33,769 nt of DNA from a virus (IMGVR_UViG_3300038315_000737:1-33769); one strand, 5' to 3'. Shown: positions 16,661 through 24,140, numbered from the stretch's first letter. Notes: generated by a model from the letters alone, not told the origin. A program made the numbers and translations.

Positions 16661-18447
16661 TGAAATACTTCAGCCTATTCTCTGGTATCGGTGGTTTTGA
16701 GTATGGCTTTCCTGCTGATTGGGAATGTGTCGGCTATTCGGAGGTTGACAAATACGCGCAAAGCGTCTATGCTTACCACTATCCGAACCATGAAGGATAT
16801 GGCGATGCAACTCGAATTGATACCAGATCCATCAGTGACTTCGATCTGCTCTGTGCGGGATTTCCCTGCCAGTCTTTTTCAGTGGCTGGACGACGTAAGG
16901 GACTGGCAGACAGTCGGGGCACACTCTTTTTTGAGATCGCTCGGATTCTCACCGACAAAAGACCCCGATATTTTCTACTTGAAAATGTCAAAGGTCTACT
17001 TAGTCATGACGATGGAAAAACTTTCGCGCAAATCATTGGGATTCTCGCCGACATTGGCTATCTGGTGCAATGGCAAGTCCTCAATAGTAAGCATTTCGGC
17101 GTCCCACAAAACCGGGAGCGCATCTTCATTGTCGGACATCTTAGAGGAACAAGTAGACCCGAAGTATTTCCTATCGGAGAAGGCGACGGACAGGTTAATG
17201 CGTCGAGGAATGGGGAAGATTGTGTTGCCGGCAGCCTCGGAACCCGAAGCGGAGATAGGAGCTTCAACGGAAGCACGACAGTGATTTACGACGTACCAAG
17301 AGGCAAGAACAAGGGCGGATTCTCCGCTCGTAGTGAGATGCGAACAATAACCCAGAGCAAGTTTGAGCATAACACGATGATTCTCCACACTAACAAAAGT
17401 GGCAATGTTGCCGAACATACAGCGGCAAGCTGCGCATTGCGAAGCGGGGCGAGTCATAACTATCAGGTGGTGGCACTCACCGAAGCGCGAACGGAGGAAG
17501 CGAAAGCCATACGGCGAGAAGCACAGCGGAACGGCAAAGACTATTGCCCCAGGCGTGGCAAAGAACTAGTTGAACGTACTGATGGGCTAGGAAACTGTGT
17601 GACAGGTACGCAAAGCAAGGAGATGTTCGGTGCAAAAGACCGTCAAATAAGAAGGCTCACACCGCTCGAATGCGAACGGCTTCAGGGCTTTCCCGAAATA
17701 GAAAAATATGTTATAATAGAAGTATGCAAAGAAGATCGAAGGAAAAATGTAAATGCGGAAAGTCAAAATCGCAAGTCGCAAAAACTTGTTGGGGATGTAG
17801 GAAACGACGATCCGCAAGAAAATGTGCAATATGTGGCGAGGTTTTTGAATACAAAAAATCAACAAACAAACAGGCATGTTCTCCCCGATGTGCTTATAGA
17901 TTGCGCGGAGAACGGAATAGAGATATACAATCAAGAAAAGTTACTCTTAAGTGCCAAAAATGCGGAAAGGAAAAATTGGTGTCACCCGCATATAAAAATA
18001 GGCGATTTTGTTCAACTGCTTGTTGGTATCAACATAATCAGGGAGAGAATAGCAAAGCTTGGCGAGGTGGGATTTCCTCAGAACGGACGATGTTCAACTC
18101 ATCTAAAGAATGGTCTGAAGCCCGGAAGATTATTTGGAAACGAGATGATGCGACCTGTCGGAGATGCGGAGAACGATTTAACCATACTCAAAGAACTTTT
18201 GAAGTTCACCACATTAAGCCATTCAAGCACAGAAAATTTAGAACAAAAGTTGCAAACCTTATTCTTGTTTGTAATCCGTGCCATAACTGGATACATTCCC
18301 AAAAGAATACTGGCTCAAAGTATCTTTACGATAGGAGTGAAAACTAAAGTTGGATACACTTACGGCGTAAGTGACACACAGCGATACAAAATGCTCGGCA
18401 ATGCGGTGACAACAACAGTGATACAGGCGATTTCAGAACGATTTTAG
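16660..18447 (+). CDS. dcm: C5 cytosine DNA methyltransferase with a 218-codon in-frame insertion
   Basis: SLFSGIGG (I), GFPCQSFS (IV), ENVKGL (VI), PQNRERIF (VIII), RRLTPLECERLQGFP (IX), RYKMLGNAV (X). Confidence 0.95.
   Translation: MKYFSLFSGIGGFEYGFPADWECVGYSEVDKYAQSVYAYHYPNHEGYGDATRIDTRSISDFDLLCAGFPCQSFSVAGRRKGLADSRGTLFFEIARILTDKRPRYFLLENVKGLLSHDDGKTFAQIIGILADIGYLVQWQVLNSKHFGVPQNRERIFIVGHLRGTSRPEVFPIGEGDGQVNASRNGEDCVAGSLGTRSGDRSFNGSTTVIYDVPRGKNKGGFSARSEMRTITQSKFEHNTMILHTNKSGNVAEHTAASCALRSGASHNYQVVALTEARTEEAKAIRREAQRNGKDYCPRRGKELVERTDGLGNCVTGTQSKEMFGAKDRQIRRLTPLECERLQGFPEIEKYVIIEVCKEDRRKNVNAESQNRKSQKLVGDVGNDDPQENVQYVARFLNTKNQQTNRHVLPDVLIDCAENGIEIYNQEKLLLSAKNAERKNWCHPHIKIGDFVQLLVGINIIRERIAKLGEVGFPQNGRCSTHLKNGLKPGRLFGNEMMRPVGDAENDLTILKELLKFTTLSHSSTENLEQKLQTLFLFVIRAITGYIPKRILAQSIFTIGVKTKVGYTYGVSDTQRYKMLGNAVTTTVIQAISERF
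16805..17284 (+). CDS. Overprinted (+1 frame) methyltransferase beta-subunit-like polypeptide
   Basis: AAGGA RBS 7 nt before ATG 16805 (MQLEL); contains SLSDILEEQVDPKYFLSEKA; arrangement recalls M.EcoHK31I alpha/beta. Confidence 0.7.
   Translation: MQLELIPDPSVTSICSVRDFPASLFQWLDDVRDWQTVGAHSFLRSLGFSPTKDPDIFYLKMSKVYLVMTMEKLSRKSLGFSPTLAIWCNGKSSIVSISASHKTGSASSLSDILEEQVDPKYFLSEKATDRLMRRGMGKIVLPAASEPEAEIGASTEARQ
17709..17717 (+). promoter_or_regulatory. Extended -10 promoter for a probable leaderless HNH mRNA
   Basis: TGtTATAAT at 17709-17717, then 6 nt, then ATG 17724 with no Shine-Dalgarno. Confidence 0.65.
17724..18347 (+). CDS. Zinc-finger HNH (homing-type) endonuclease, nested in dcm
   Basis: CxC..CxxC and two CxxC...CSxxC fingers, GENSKAWRGG, RDDATCRRC...EVHHIKP...NLILVCNPCHNWIH. 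Confidence 0.9.
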   Translation: MQRRSKEKCKCGKSKSQVAKTCWGCRKRRSARKCAICGEVFEYKKSTNKQACSPRCAYRLRGERNRDIQSRKVTLKCQKCGKEKLVSPAYKNRRFCSTACWYQHNQGENSKAWRGGISSERTMFNSSKEWSEARKIIWKRDDATCRRCGERFNHTQRTFEVHHIKPFKHRKFRTKVANLILVCNPCHNWIHSQKNTGSKYLYDRSEN

Positions 18448-18451
18448 GCAT

Positions 18452-18515
18452 AAAAAAAGGGCTGACGCTCTTTAGAAGATCTCCCCAGATCGTAAGCGTT
18501 TAGCCCCAAACAACC
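18452..18515 (-). ncRNA. Candidate ~65-nt countertranscribed RNA in front of the primase-helicase
   Basis: Minus-strand promoter at 18550-18522, long hairpin 18506-18459, U7 tail 18458-18452. Confidence 0.55.
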
Positions 18516-18521
18516 GAGGAA

Positions 18522-18550
18522 ATTATAACACATTTCGCTCGGTAAAACAA
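18522..18550 (-). promoter_or_regulatory. Antisense sigma70 promoter
   Basis: Minus strand TTGTTT (18550-18545), 17 nt, TATAAT (18527-18522) with extended-10 TG. Confidence 0.75.
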
Positions 18551-18562
18551 GGACGGACATTG

Positions 18563-20857
18563 ATGAGTAACTCAAATTATGAGGCGGCGAAAGCATACCA
18601 ACAAAGGGGCTGGGCGGTTATCCCTGCAACCGGGAAAATCCCAGCGGTTCGATGGAAGTTGTATCAAAGTATGCTGCCAGATGATGATGATATTGAAGAA
18701 TGGTTTGGACCGGGCGGAAAGTTTGTTGATAGCAATATCGGCATTGTTACCGGGCAGATCTCACGGAACATCGTATTGGACTTTGATCACACCGACGCGA
18801 TAAAGGCATTTAGAGAACGCAATAACGGTGAACGGCTGCGCTGCCCGCAGGTGATTAGTGGCAAGGGGCTTCATGCGTACCTGAATTATCCCGCAGGGCT
18901 GACGACGCTGCTGGATAATGACCGTATCCAGAATTTCGTGGGGAAACTTGCAAGTATTGATTCACGGTTTAAGCATTTGGATCTTCGCGCAGATGGCGGG
19001 TTTGTCGTCACGCCACCTAGCACACACGCATCGGGGAAGAAATATGAGTGGGCGATTAGCCCTGAAGAGTGTGGGCCGCCGGATGTGCCAGATTGGTTTC
19101 TAAGGGTGCTTCTAGACGCTTCTGCTACCGAAACACCCAAAGCGCAAAACAACACCGCTACGGACGAAATAGACCTATTCGGCAATGACTATGCGAAGCT
19201 GTTAGATGGGGTCGGGCATGGACAACGAAACGATGCGTGCGCGAAACTCGCAGGACACTATTTCTCGATGGGCTTACCACATCGGGAGGTCTTGCCCATC
19301 CTTATCGGCTGGAACCAGCGCAACGATCCGCCGATGACACAGGCGGAGGTCTTGGCGACGGTCAAGAGTATCTATGACCGGGACCAGAAACGGCGTGAGA
19401 ATGAGCTGAACGAAGTACCGGAGGCGATACGGTTCACGGACGGCTGGAACGCAAAACGGTTTGTCGCTGACTATGGTGAAAATATCCGGTATGTGGCAGA
19501 CTGGAACAAGTGGTTGATATGGGATAAGACGCGGTATCAGGTCGATCGAAAACTGTGGGCGCAACGATTAGCCAAAGAGACGGTCAAAAAGATGCTGGTC
19601 GATGCGGCGAAAGCGCAGGACGATGATGAGCGGAAAGCCAGGGTGAAACATGCGATCCGTAGCGATGCCGCGCATAAATATAATGCGATGGTCGATCTCG
19701 CACGGTCTGAGCCGAACATCCCCGTTCAAGCCGACGAACTGGATAAAGACCCGATGTTACTCAATGTCGAAAATGGGACGATTGATCTCACGACGGGGAA
19801 AATTATGTCGCATACACGACGCAATTTAATCACGAAACTTGCGCCGGTTGAGTATGATCCGCAAGCGGTCTGCCCGTTCTGGTTGCATTCGTTAAATCTC
19901 TATATGGACGGGGATGAAGATCTGATCCGGTTTCTCCAACGTGCTATCGGTTATTCCATCACCGGGCTGATTCAGGATCAGGTGTTGCTCATCTGTTACG
20001 GGTCGGGCGCTAATGGGAAATCGGCATTCCTAGAAACCATCTTGGGTATGTTGGGCGACTATGCAAAGCCGTCTGAACCGGATTTATTGATAAAGCGCAG
20101 GCACGATAACCATCCGACAGGCATCGCCGACCTGATGGGCAGGCGGTTTGTGTCAACCACTGAGATCGGTGAAGGGGTAAGGCTTAACGAACCGTTGGTG
20201 AAGCGGCTGACAGGCAGTGACACACTTACCGCGCGGTTCATGCGTCAAGACTATTTCGATTTTGAGCCAACGCACAAACTCTGGATAGGGGTCAACCATA
20301 AACCGATTATCCGTGGCACTGACACGGGGATATGGCGGCGGATTCGGCTGATACCGTTTAATGTCAACCTCGAAGAGCGTTTAGCTGCGGATGTCCGCCC
20401 GATCTCTGTGGTACTCAGTGAGCTGCGCACCGAATGGCCGGGGATTCTGAACTGGGCGATCCAGGGCTGTTTGGAGTGGCAACGGGACGGGCTGGGGATG
20501 CCGAGTCCGGTGGCGGATGCGACCAAAGAATATCAGGCGGATATGGACATTGTCGGACGGTTTATCGAAGAGTGTTGCATACTCGGCGATGAATATCAGG
20601 CGAGTGCAAAAGACCTGTATCAGAAATACAAATTTTGGTGTGAGGACAACGGCGAATATGCCATTTCTAAGAAGGTTTTCGGTGGGAAATTGGGTGAAAA
20701 AGGGCTTGAATCAGGCCGAAAACATGGCGGCGTGAGAATCTGGAAAAACATCGGAATACGCGAAAATGGTGACGCATTGGTGACAGATGGTGACGTATCG
20801 TCCGAAGGCGTCAAAGCCAATGAGGGCGCGGCTTTGAGTGCTATGGAGCTGCTCTAA
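18563..20857 (+). CDS. Bifunctional primase-polymerase / D5-P4-type SF3 helicase
   Basis: Prim-Pol motifs (NIGIVTG, VLDFD, GLHAY, DLRADGGFVV.PPS.H), PriCT (GQRND), D5_N, Walker A GSGANGKS, K.LTGSD...AR. Confidence 0.92.
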   Translation: MSNSNYEAAKAYQQRGWAVIPATGKIPAVRWKLYQSMLPDDDDIEEWFGPGGKFVDSNIGIVTGQISRNIVLDFDHTDAIKAFRERNNGERLRCPQVISGKGLHAYLNYPAGLTTLLDNDRIQNFVGKLASIDSRFKHLDLRADGGFVVTPPSTHASGKKYEWAISPEECGPPDVPDWFLRVLLDASATETPKAQNNTATDEIDLFGNDYAKLLDGVGHGQRNDACAKLAGHYFSMGLPHREVLPILIGWNQRNDPPMTQAEVLATVKSIYDRDQKRRENELNEVPEAIRFTDGWNAKRFVADYGENIRYVADWNKWLIWDKTRYQVDRKLWAQRLAKETVKKMLVDAAKAQDDDERKARVKHAIRSDAAHKYNAMVDLARSEPNIPVQADELDKDPMLLNVENGTIDLTTGKIMSHTRRNLITKLAPVEYDPQAVCPFWLHSLNLYMDGDEDLIRFLQRAIGYSITGLIQDQVLLICYGSGANGKSAFLETILGMLGDYAKPSEPDLLIKRRHDNHPTGIADLMGRRFVSTTEIGEGVRLNEPLVKRLTGSDTLTARFMRQDYFDFEPTHKLWIGVNHKPIIRGTDTGIWRRIRLIPFNVNLEERLAADVRPISVVLSELRTEWPGILNWAIQGCLEWQRDGLGMPSPVADATKEYQADMDIVGRFIEECCILGDEYQASAKDLYQKYKFWCEDNGEYAISKKVFGGKLGEKGLESGRKHGGVRIWKNIGIRENGDALVTDGDVSSEGVKANEGAALSAMELL

Positions 20858-21022
20858 AAAGAGTAGTGGTGACATGAAATCCGTATTACCACGCGAAAGC
20901 TAAAATCCTTAGGGGTAAACTGGATTTCATGTCACCATCTGTCACCAATATGTCACAAGGCTATATGGCGTAAGGGTTTGCAGCGTTTTACGATACGTCA
21001 CCATCTGTATTTTTATGTCACC
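20767..21022. other. Putative replication origin with convergent GGTGAC/GTCACC iterons
   Basis: GGTGAC at 20768, 20779, 20789, 20868; GTCACC at 20931, 20941, 20997, 21017; perfect 16-, 18- and 19-bp inverted repeats; directly after the helicase. Confidence 0.75.
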
Positions 21023-21054
21023 CGGTGAAAATGAAAGAAATTGGAGGTGAAACA

Positions 21055-21255
21055 GTGTCGATTTTACTTGAAGCATATCACAAAGAAATGCGTAGAAATC
21101 CCAGGTTTTGGGAGGATTACGCATACCAGACTGAATGGAATAATTGGGCAGTGGACGTGCATCATCAGACATATGATCGTCTCTACAATGAAATGTGCTT
21201 CGATCTTGTTGCGGTATGCCGTGAGTGTCATGCAAAAATCCACAAAAACACATAG
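21055..21255 (+). CDS. Degenerate HNH endonuclease (apparent internal deletion)
   Basis: GGAGG RBS plus GTG; VHHQTYDRLYNE...DLVAVCRECHAKIH present but the first CxxC is absent. Confidence 0.6.
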   Translation: MSILLEAYHKEMRRNPRFWEDYAYQTEWNNWAVDVHHQTYDRLYNEMCFDLVAVCRECHAKIHKNT

Positions 21256-21268
21256 AACGGAGAGAAAA

Positions 21269-21523
21269 ATGATTTCACAACGGCCGCATAACTTAGAATT
21301 TGGCAACATGAAGCATGTGATATGGGTTCGGGAATGGGATGCACTTAGCGATGAAGAACGTGAGATGCTAGAATTCGTTGAAAAACGGGTACGTTTTGAG
21401 GTCACAGTGAAATGGCCAGGCTACTATATCCTCGATGTCTACGATGCTGAAGGGCAGAGGGCAACAGAAACCTATGAGGCATTTTCGGTTGACGAGGTCT
21501 ATGAGATAATCGAGTATTACTGA
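21269..21523 (+). CDS. Hypothetical acidic protein
   Basis: GGAG RBS before ATG 21269. Confidence 0.6.
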   Translation: MISQRPHNLEFGNMKHVIWVREWDALSDEEREMLEFVEKRVRFEVTVKWPGYYILDVYDAEGQRATETYEAFSVDEVYEIIEYY

Positions 21524-21531
21524 GGTTTATT

Positions 21532-22008
21532 ATGAATGCAGACGAATATCGCGCATTGCACAAAAGAACAAAAGACGAGTGTACTGGTTGTGGTAAGACT
21601 GTCCGTCCACCACGCCGGAGATGGTGTTCTGACTTATGTATAGAAACGCATCGAGTTCTATATGATTGGGGCTATGCAAAACATTTAGTGTTCAAGCGGG
21701 ATCAGGGCGTTTGCTGTGAGTGTTCGTGCTCTACCGTGTTTATCCAAAAAGTCCGGTACCGTGTTCGGCAGATAGACCGTAATATCGGATTTTACGCGGA
21801 TAAGCTATGGATTCAGCAAGGCTTTGACAATATGGCAGACAGGCTATATCATGTGGATCACATCATGGCACGCCGTGATGGTGGGGATAATTCGTTGGGT
21901 AATCTCCGCACCTTATGCGTGCCATGTCACAAGAAAAGAACAAAGGCACAGCGGGCGGCGTGGAGAAGTTCCGCCCCACCAGACGCGCCGCAACTTCTCC
22001 TGTTTTAG
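21532..22008 (+). CDS. HNH endonuclease
   Basis: CTGC..WCSDLC, RDQGVCCEC, VDHI...GG.N...NLRTLCVPCH. Confidence 0.9.
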   Translation: MNADEYRALHKRTKDECTGCGKTVRPPRRRWCSDLCIETHRVLYDWGYAKHLVFKRDQGVCCECSCSTVFIQKVRYRVRQIDRNIGFYADKLWIQQGFDNMADRLYHVDHIMARRDGGDNSLGNLRTLCVPCHKKRTKAQRAAWRSSAPPDAPQLLLF

Positions 22009-22019
22009 CGGGGAATATA

Positions 22020-22202
22020 ATGGACAGCATACAAAGTGATCGCATTATCGAACTAATGGACGAAATACGCACAAGATTAACGATGCAACTGGAAGAAGAT
22101 TTGTGGCTGGCGCTAGCCGATCCTGATCGTTATGAACTTGAGCGCGAATACCGGAGGCTGGGGATTACTCCCATTGATGAAAACCGCGTGGGTACGAGGT
22201 AA
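22020..22202 (+). CDS. Hypothetical protein (60 aa)
   Basis: GGGGA RBS, amphipathic helices. Confidence 0.55.
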   Translation: MDSIQSDRIIELMDEIRTRLTMQLEEDLWLALADPDRYELEREYRRLGITPIDENRVGTR

Positions 22203-22204
22203 AC

Positions 22205-22480
22205 ATGAACCATGAACTTTTAGCAATCTATGAGGAAGGCGGCAGCAAACTGGTATTCTTGGGCGTGTTTGTCGCCTTCATGCGCGTTATTTTCTCGCAC
22301 TTTAAGATTTTAATGTAGCATTTCACGGACACGCTCCCGAAGTTTATAGAAGCGTTTCCACAATATGTCAACCGGTGGCTCGATAACCAGCGCGAGAATG
22401 CGCAATCGATAAAATCGCTTGATGACACGCTCAAAGAACTGGTTATTGAGTTGAAGCAGACTAAATCCAAACGACGATGA
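22205..22480 (+). pseudogene. Holin-like membrane protein interrupted by an in-frame TAG (pseudogene or read-through)
   Basis: GAGGT RBS; 37 codons with TM helix LVFLGVFVAFMRVIF, TAG at 22316-22318, then 53 in-frame codons ending in a coiled coil and a basic tail. Confidence 0.55.
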
Positions 22481-22493
22481 AAGGAGATTCACA

Positions 22494-22559
22494 ATGAGAG
22501 ATAAAATCAAAGCGATAATTGCTATCGCGGGATTCGGGATAAGTTGGGAGGGCCGTTGA
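22494..22559 (+). CDS. 21-aa mini-ORF, possibly the truncated N-terminus of a signal-anchored protein
   Basis: Strong AAAGGAG RBS; MRDKIKAIIAIAGFGISWEGR*. Confidence 0.4.
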   Translation: MRDKIKAIIAIAGFGISWEGR

Positions 22560-22817
22560 ATGACAGCAAGAGATCAGCTAATTGAGGTTATAGAAAAACA
22601 GATGTCGCGCTTATATCTGGTTTCATCAGCACCGTCTTATCGCAGAGATTCCGAAACAGGAGAATTGCGACCAGCAGGATTGCGTTGGGCGAGTGACGAT
22701 GCGAAAGCGACATTTGAGATGTTGCGCGACCATTTGGCGATGCTTGTAGCTGAACGTGCGCGAGAAGCGGCGGGGCGTTCGTTTCTTGATATGGGGCAAA
22801 CCTATGACAGCGAGTGA
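22560..22817 (+). CDS. Hypothetical protein
   Basis: GGGAGG RBS, 85 aa. Confidence 0.6.
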   Translation: MTARDQLIEVIEKQMSRLYLVSSAPSYRRDSETGELRPAGLRWASDDAKATFEMLRDHLAMLVAERAREAAGRSFLDMGQTYDSE

Positions 22818-23247
22818 GATACTAACCCAAGCGAAAGCGGCAGGGCTGAACCTGTGGCTCGAAAAGCGTGATGGGGTTGTCGGGATCAATTTCAGCGATC
22901 CTGGCAAGGTCAAGCCGTTTATTAAAGCGATAAAAGCGGACCGTGCGGAGGTGGTCCGCTTGCTCAAGATGCGGCTGCCAAAGGTCCCGGATAGACGTGT
23001 GCCCGGGGCCATAACGTTACAGTTCTGTCGGGAGTGGCTGGACTTACATCAAAGTCAGTCTAAATCTTTCACCGCTCCGACTCGCCTTCGGTGGCTTGTG
23101 GGCTGGCTGCCGCCGGACATTCAGCTGCGGTGGCAGTACCAGACAGACGGTGGGCTTGACGGCAAGCTGGCCGTGGCGGATTGGCGTGTGGCGGTGGATG
23201 CGGTGTGGGCTGAGTTTGAAGCGAATCTGAAAGGTGGTGCTATATGA
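22804..23247 (+). CDS. Hypothetical protein with a TubC-N-like N-terminal domain
   Basis: MTASEILTQAKAAGLNLWLE...AIKADRAEVVRLL pattern. Confidence 0.6.
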   Translation: MTASEILTQAKAAGLNLWLEKRDGVVGINFSDPGKVKPFIKAIKADRAEVVRLLKMRLPKVPDRRVPGAITLQFCREWLDLHQSQSKSFTAPTRLRWLVGWLPPDIQLRWQYQTDGGLDGKLAVADWRVAVDAVWAEFEANLKGGAI

Positions 23248-23933
23248 GCCATTCAATGGCCGCTAAGCTAAAATTCATGGACCATTATCGAGCTGAGTTA
23301 CGCCCTGATGAAACAATTACGGGGGGCTTTGAGCGAATATTGCGTAGATTGATAAAAAGTGGGGAGACATATCGGCGTTTGGAGCGTGAAACTGGAGTAT
23401 CAAGAGCGACTATCCGCCGCTGGTGTCTTGCGCGAGGCATCAAGTCGATGGGCGTAAGGGCTGAATACTGCAAGGCAATTGCGGCGAAAACTGTACGCAG
23501 CAGGAAAAAGTCGCTAGATTTGGATTATGTGTTAATCCGTGTTTTTGATGGGCTGAATCTGAGGGCTATTGCCTCAGAGCTTGGATGCTCGTATCCGATG
23601 CTGTCAGCGCAGGTGCATGAAGCAAGGAAACGAGGGTGGCAAGTAGATAGAGATTGCCGATATTGTGGGGAGGTGTTCACACCAAGTCATATTGATCGAT
23701 TCTTGTGTAGTAGACGATGTACAGAGCTTGATATGAGTTGGCGAATCCGCTTCGCACGAGATGGATTTAAGGCTGTGCGGGTTGGCGATGTCCGCGAATG
23801 CAGGTTGGAAGGATGCAATAATAGATGGGAGGCCAAAAACACACGACAGATTTTTTGTGGCAGGAAATGTCAGCAGACAGACAAAAATCGGCGCAAAAAT
23901 CGGCGCAAAAAGAGTGGGCATAATGCAACTTGA
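23244..23933 (+). CDS. HTH plus zinc-finger DNA-binding protein
   Basis: Two HTHs (YRRLERETGVSRATIRRW; LRAIASELGCSYPML) and two Cys4 fingers (CRYC..CSRRC; CRLEGC..CGRKC). Confidence 0.75.
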   Translation: MSHSMAAKLKFMDHYRAELRPDETITGGFERILRRLIKSGETYRRLERETGVSRATIRRWCLARGIKSMGVRAEYCKAIAAKTVRSRKKSLDLDYVLIRVFDGLNLRAIASELGCSYPMLSAQVHEARKRGWQVDRDCRYCGEVFTPSHIDRFLCSRRCTELDMSWRIRFARDGFKAVRVGDVRECRLEGCNNRWEAKNTRQIFCGRKCQQTDKNRRKNRRKKSGHNAT

Positions 23934-24078
23934 GATAGTATTTCCAAAACTCTACCCAGGCGGTTTTGTGTCACTCGCAGAGTATGCGGTATACGTCCAA
24001 CAGCGGGTGGGTATGTTCGACACCGGGGCATGGTGGAAATCACGCCGAACTTTTCTAACCTTCAAAACTTCAGGATAG
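23923..24078 (+). CDS. Small hypothetical protein (51 aa)
   Basis: ATG overlapping the end of the upstream gene; fills the gap. Confidence 0.45.
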   Translation: MQLEIVFPKLYPGGFVSLAEYAVYVQQRVGMFDTGAWWKSRRTFLTFKTSG

Positions 24079-24140
24079 CGATATGGGCTGAATTTGAAGC
24101 GGATTTGAGGGGTGAAATGAGGGGGGGCAGTAATGGCTAG
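24078..24140 (+). pseudogene. Orphan duplicate of the 3' end of gene 22804-23247
   Basis: AIWAEFEADLRG versus AVWAEFEANLKG; 29/36 nt identical to 23200-23235. Confidence 0.7.

Larger units (their letters stand above)
17698..18351 (+). mobile_element. Dual-coding HNH endonuclease insertion inside dcm
   Basis: Splits QGFP(E)/GYT; 654 nt; visibly more AT-rich than the genome; host frame has no stop; HNH ORF in +2 frame. Confidence 0.8.

Noticed and set aside
17698-18351. Intein or group I/II intron in dcm
   Set aside because: No HN/HQ-C/S/T splice junction in the host frame, the nuclease is out of frame, and only about 30 nt lie outside the HNH ORF; not formally excluded without HMM/CM scans
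23882-23910. 12-bp tandem duplication caaaaatcggcg
   Set aside because: Simple in-frame slippage encoding KNRRKNRR; nothing points to a function
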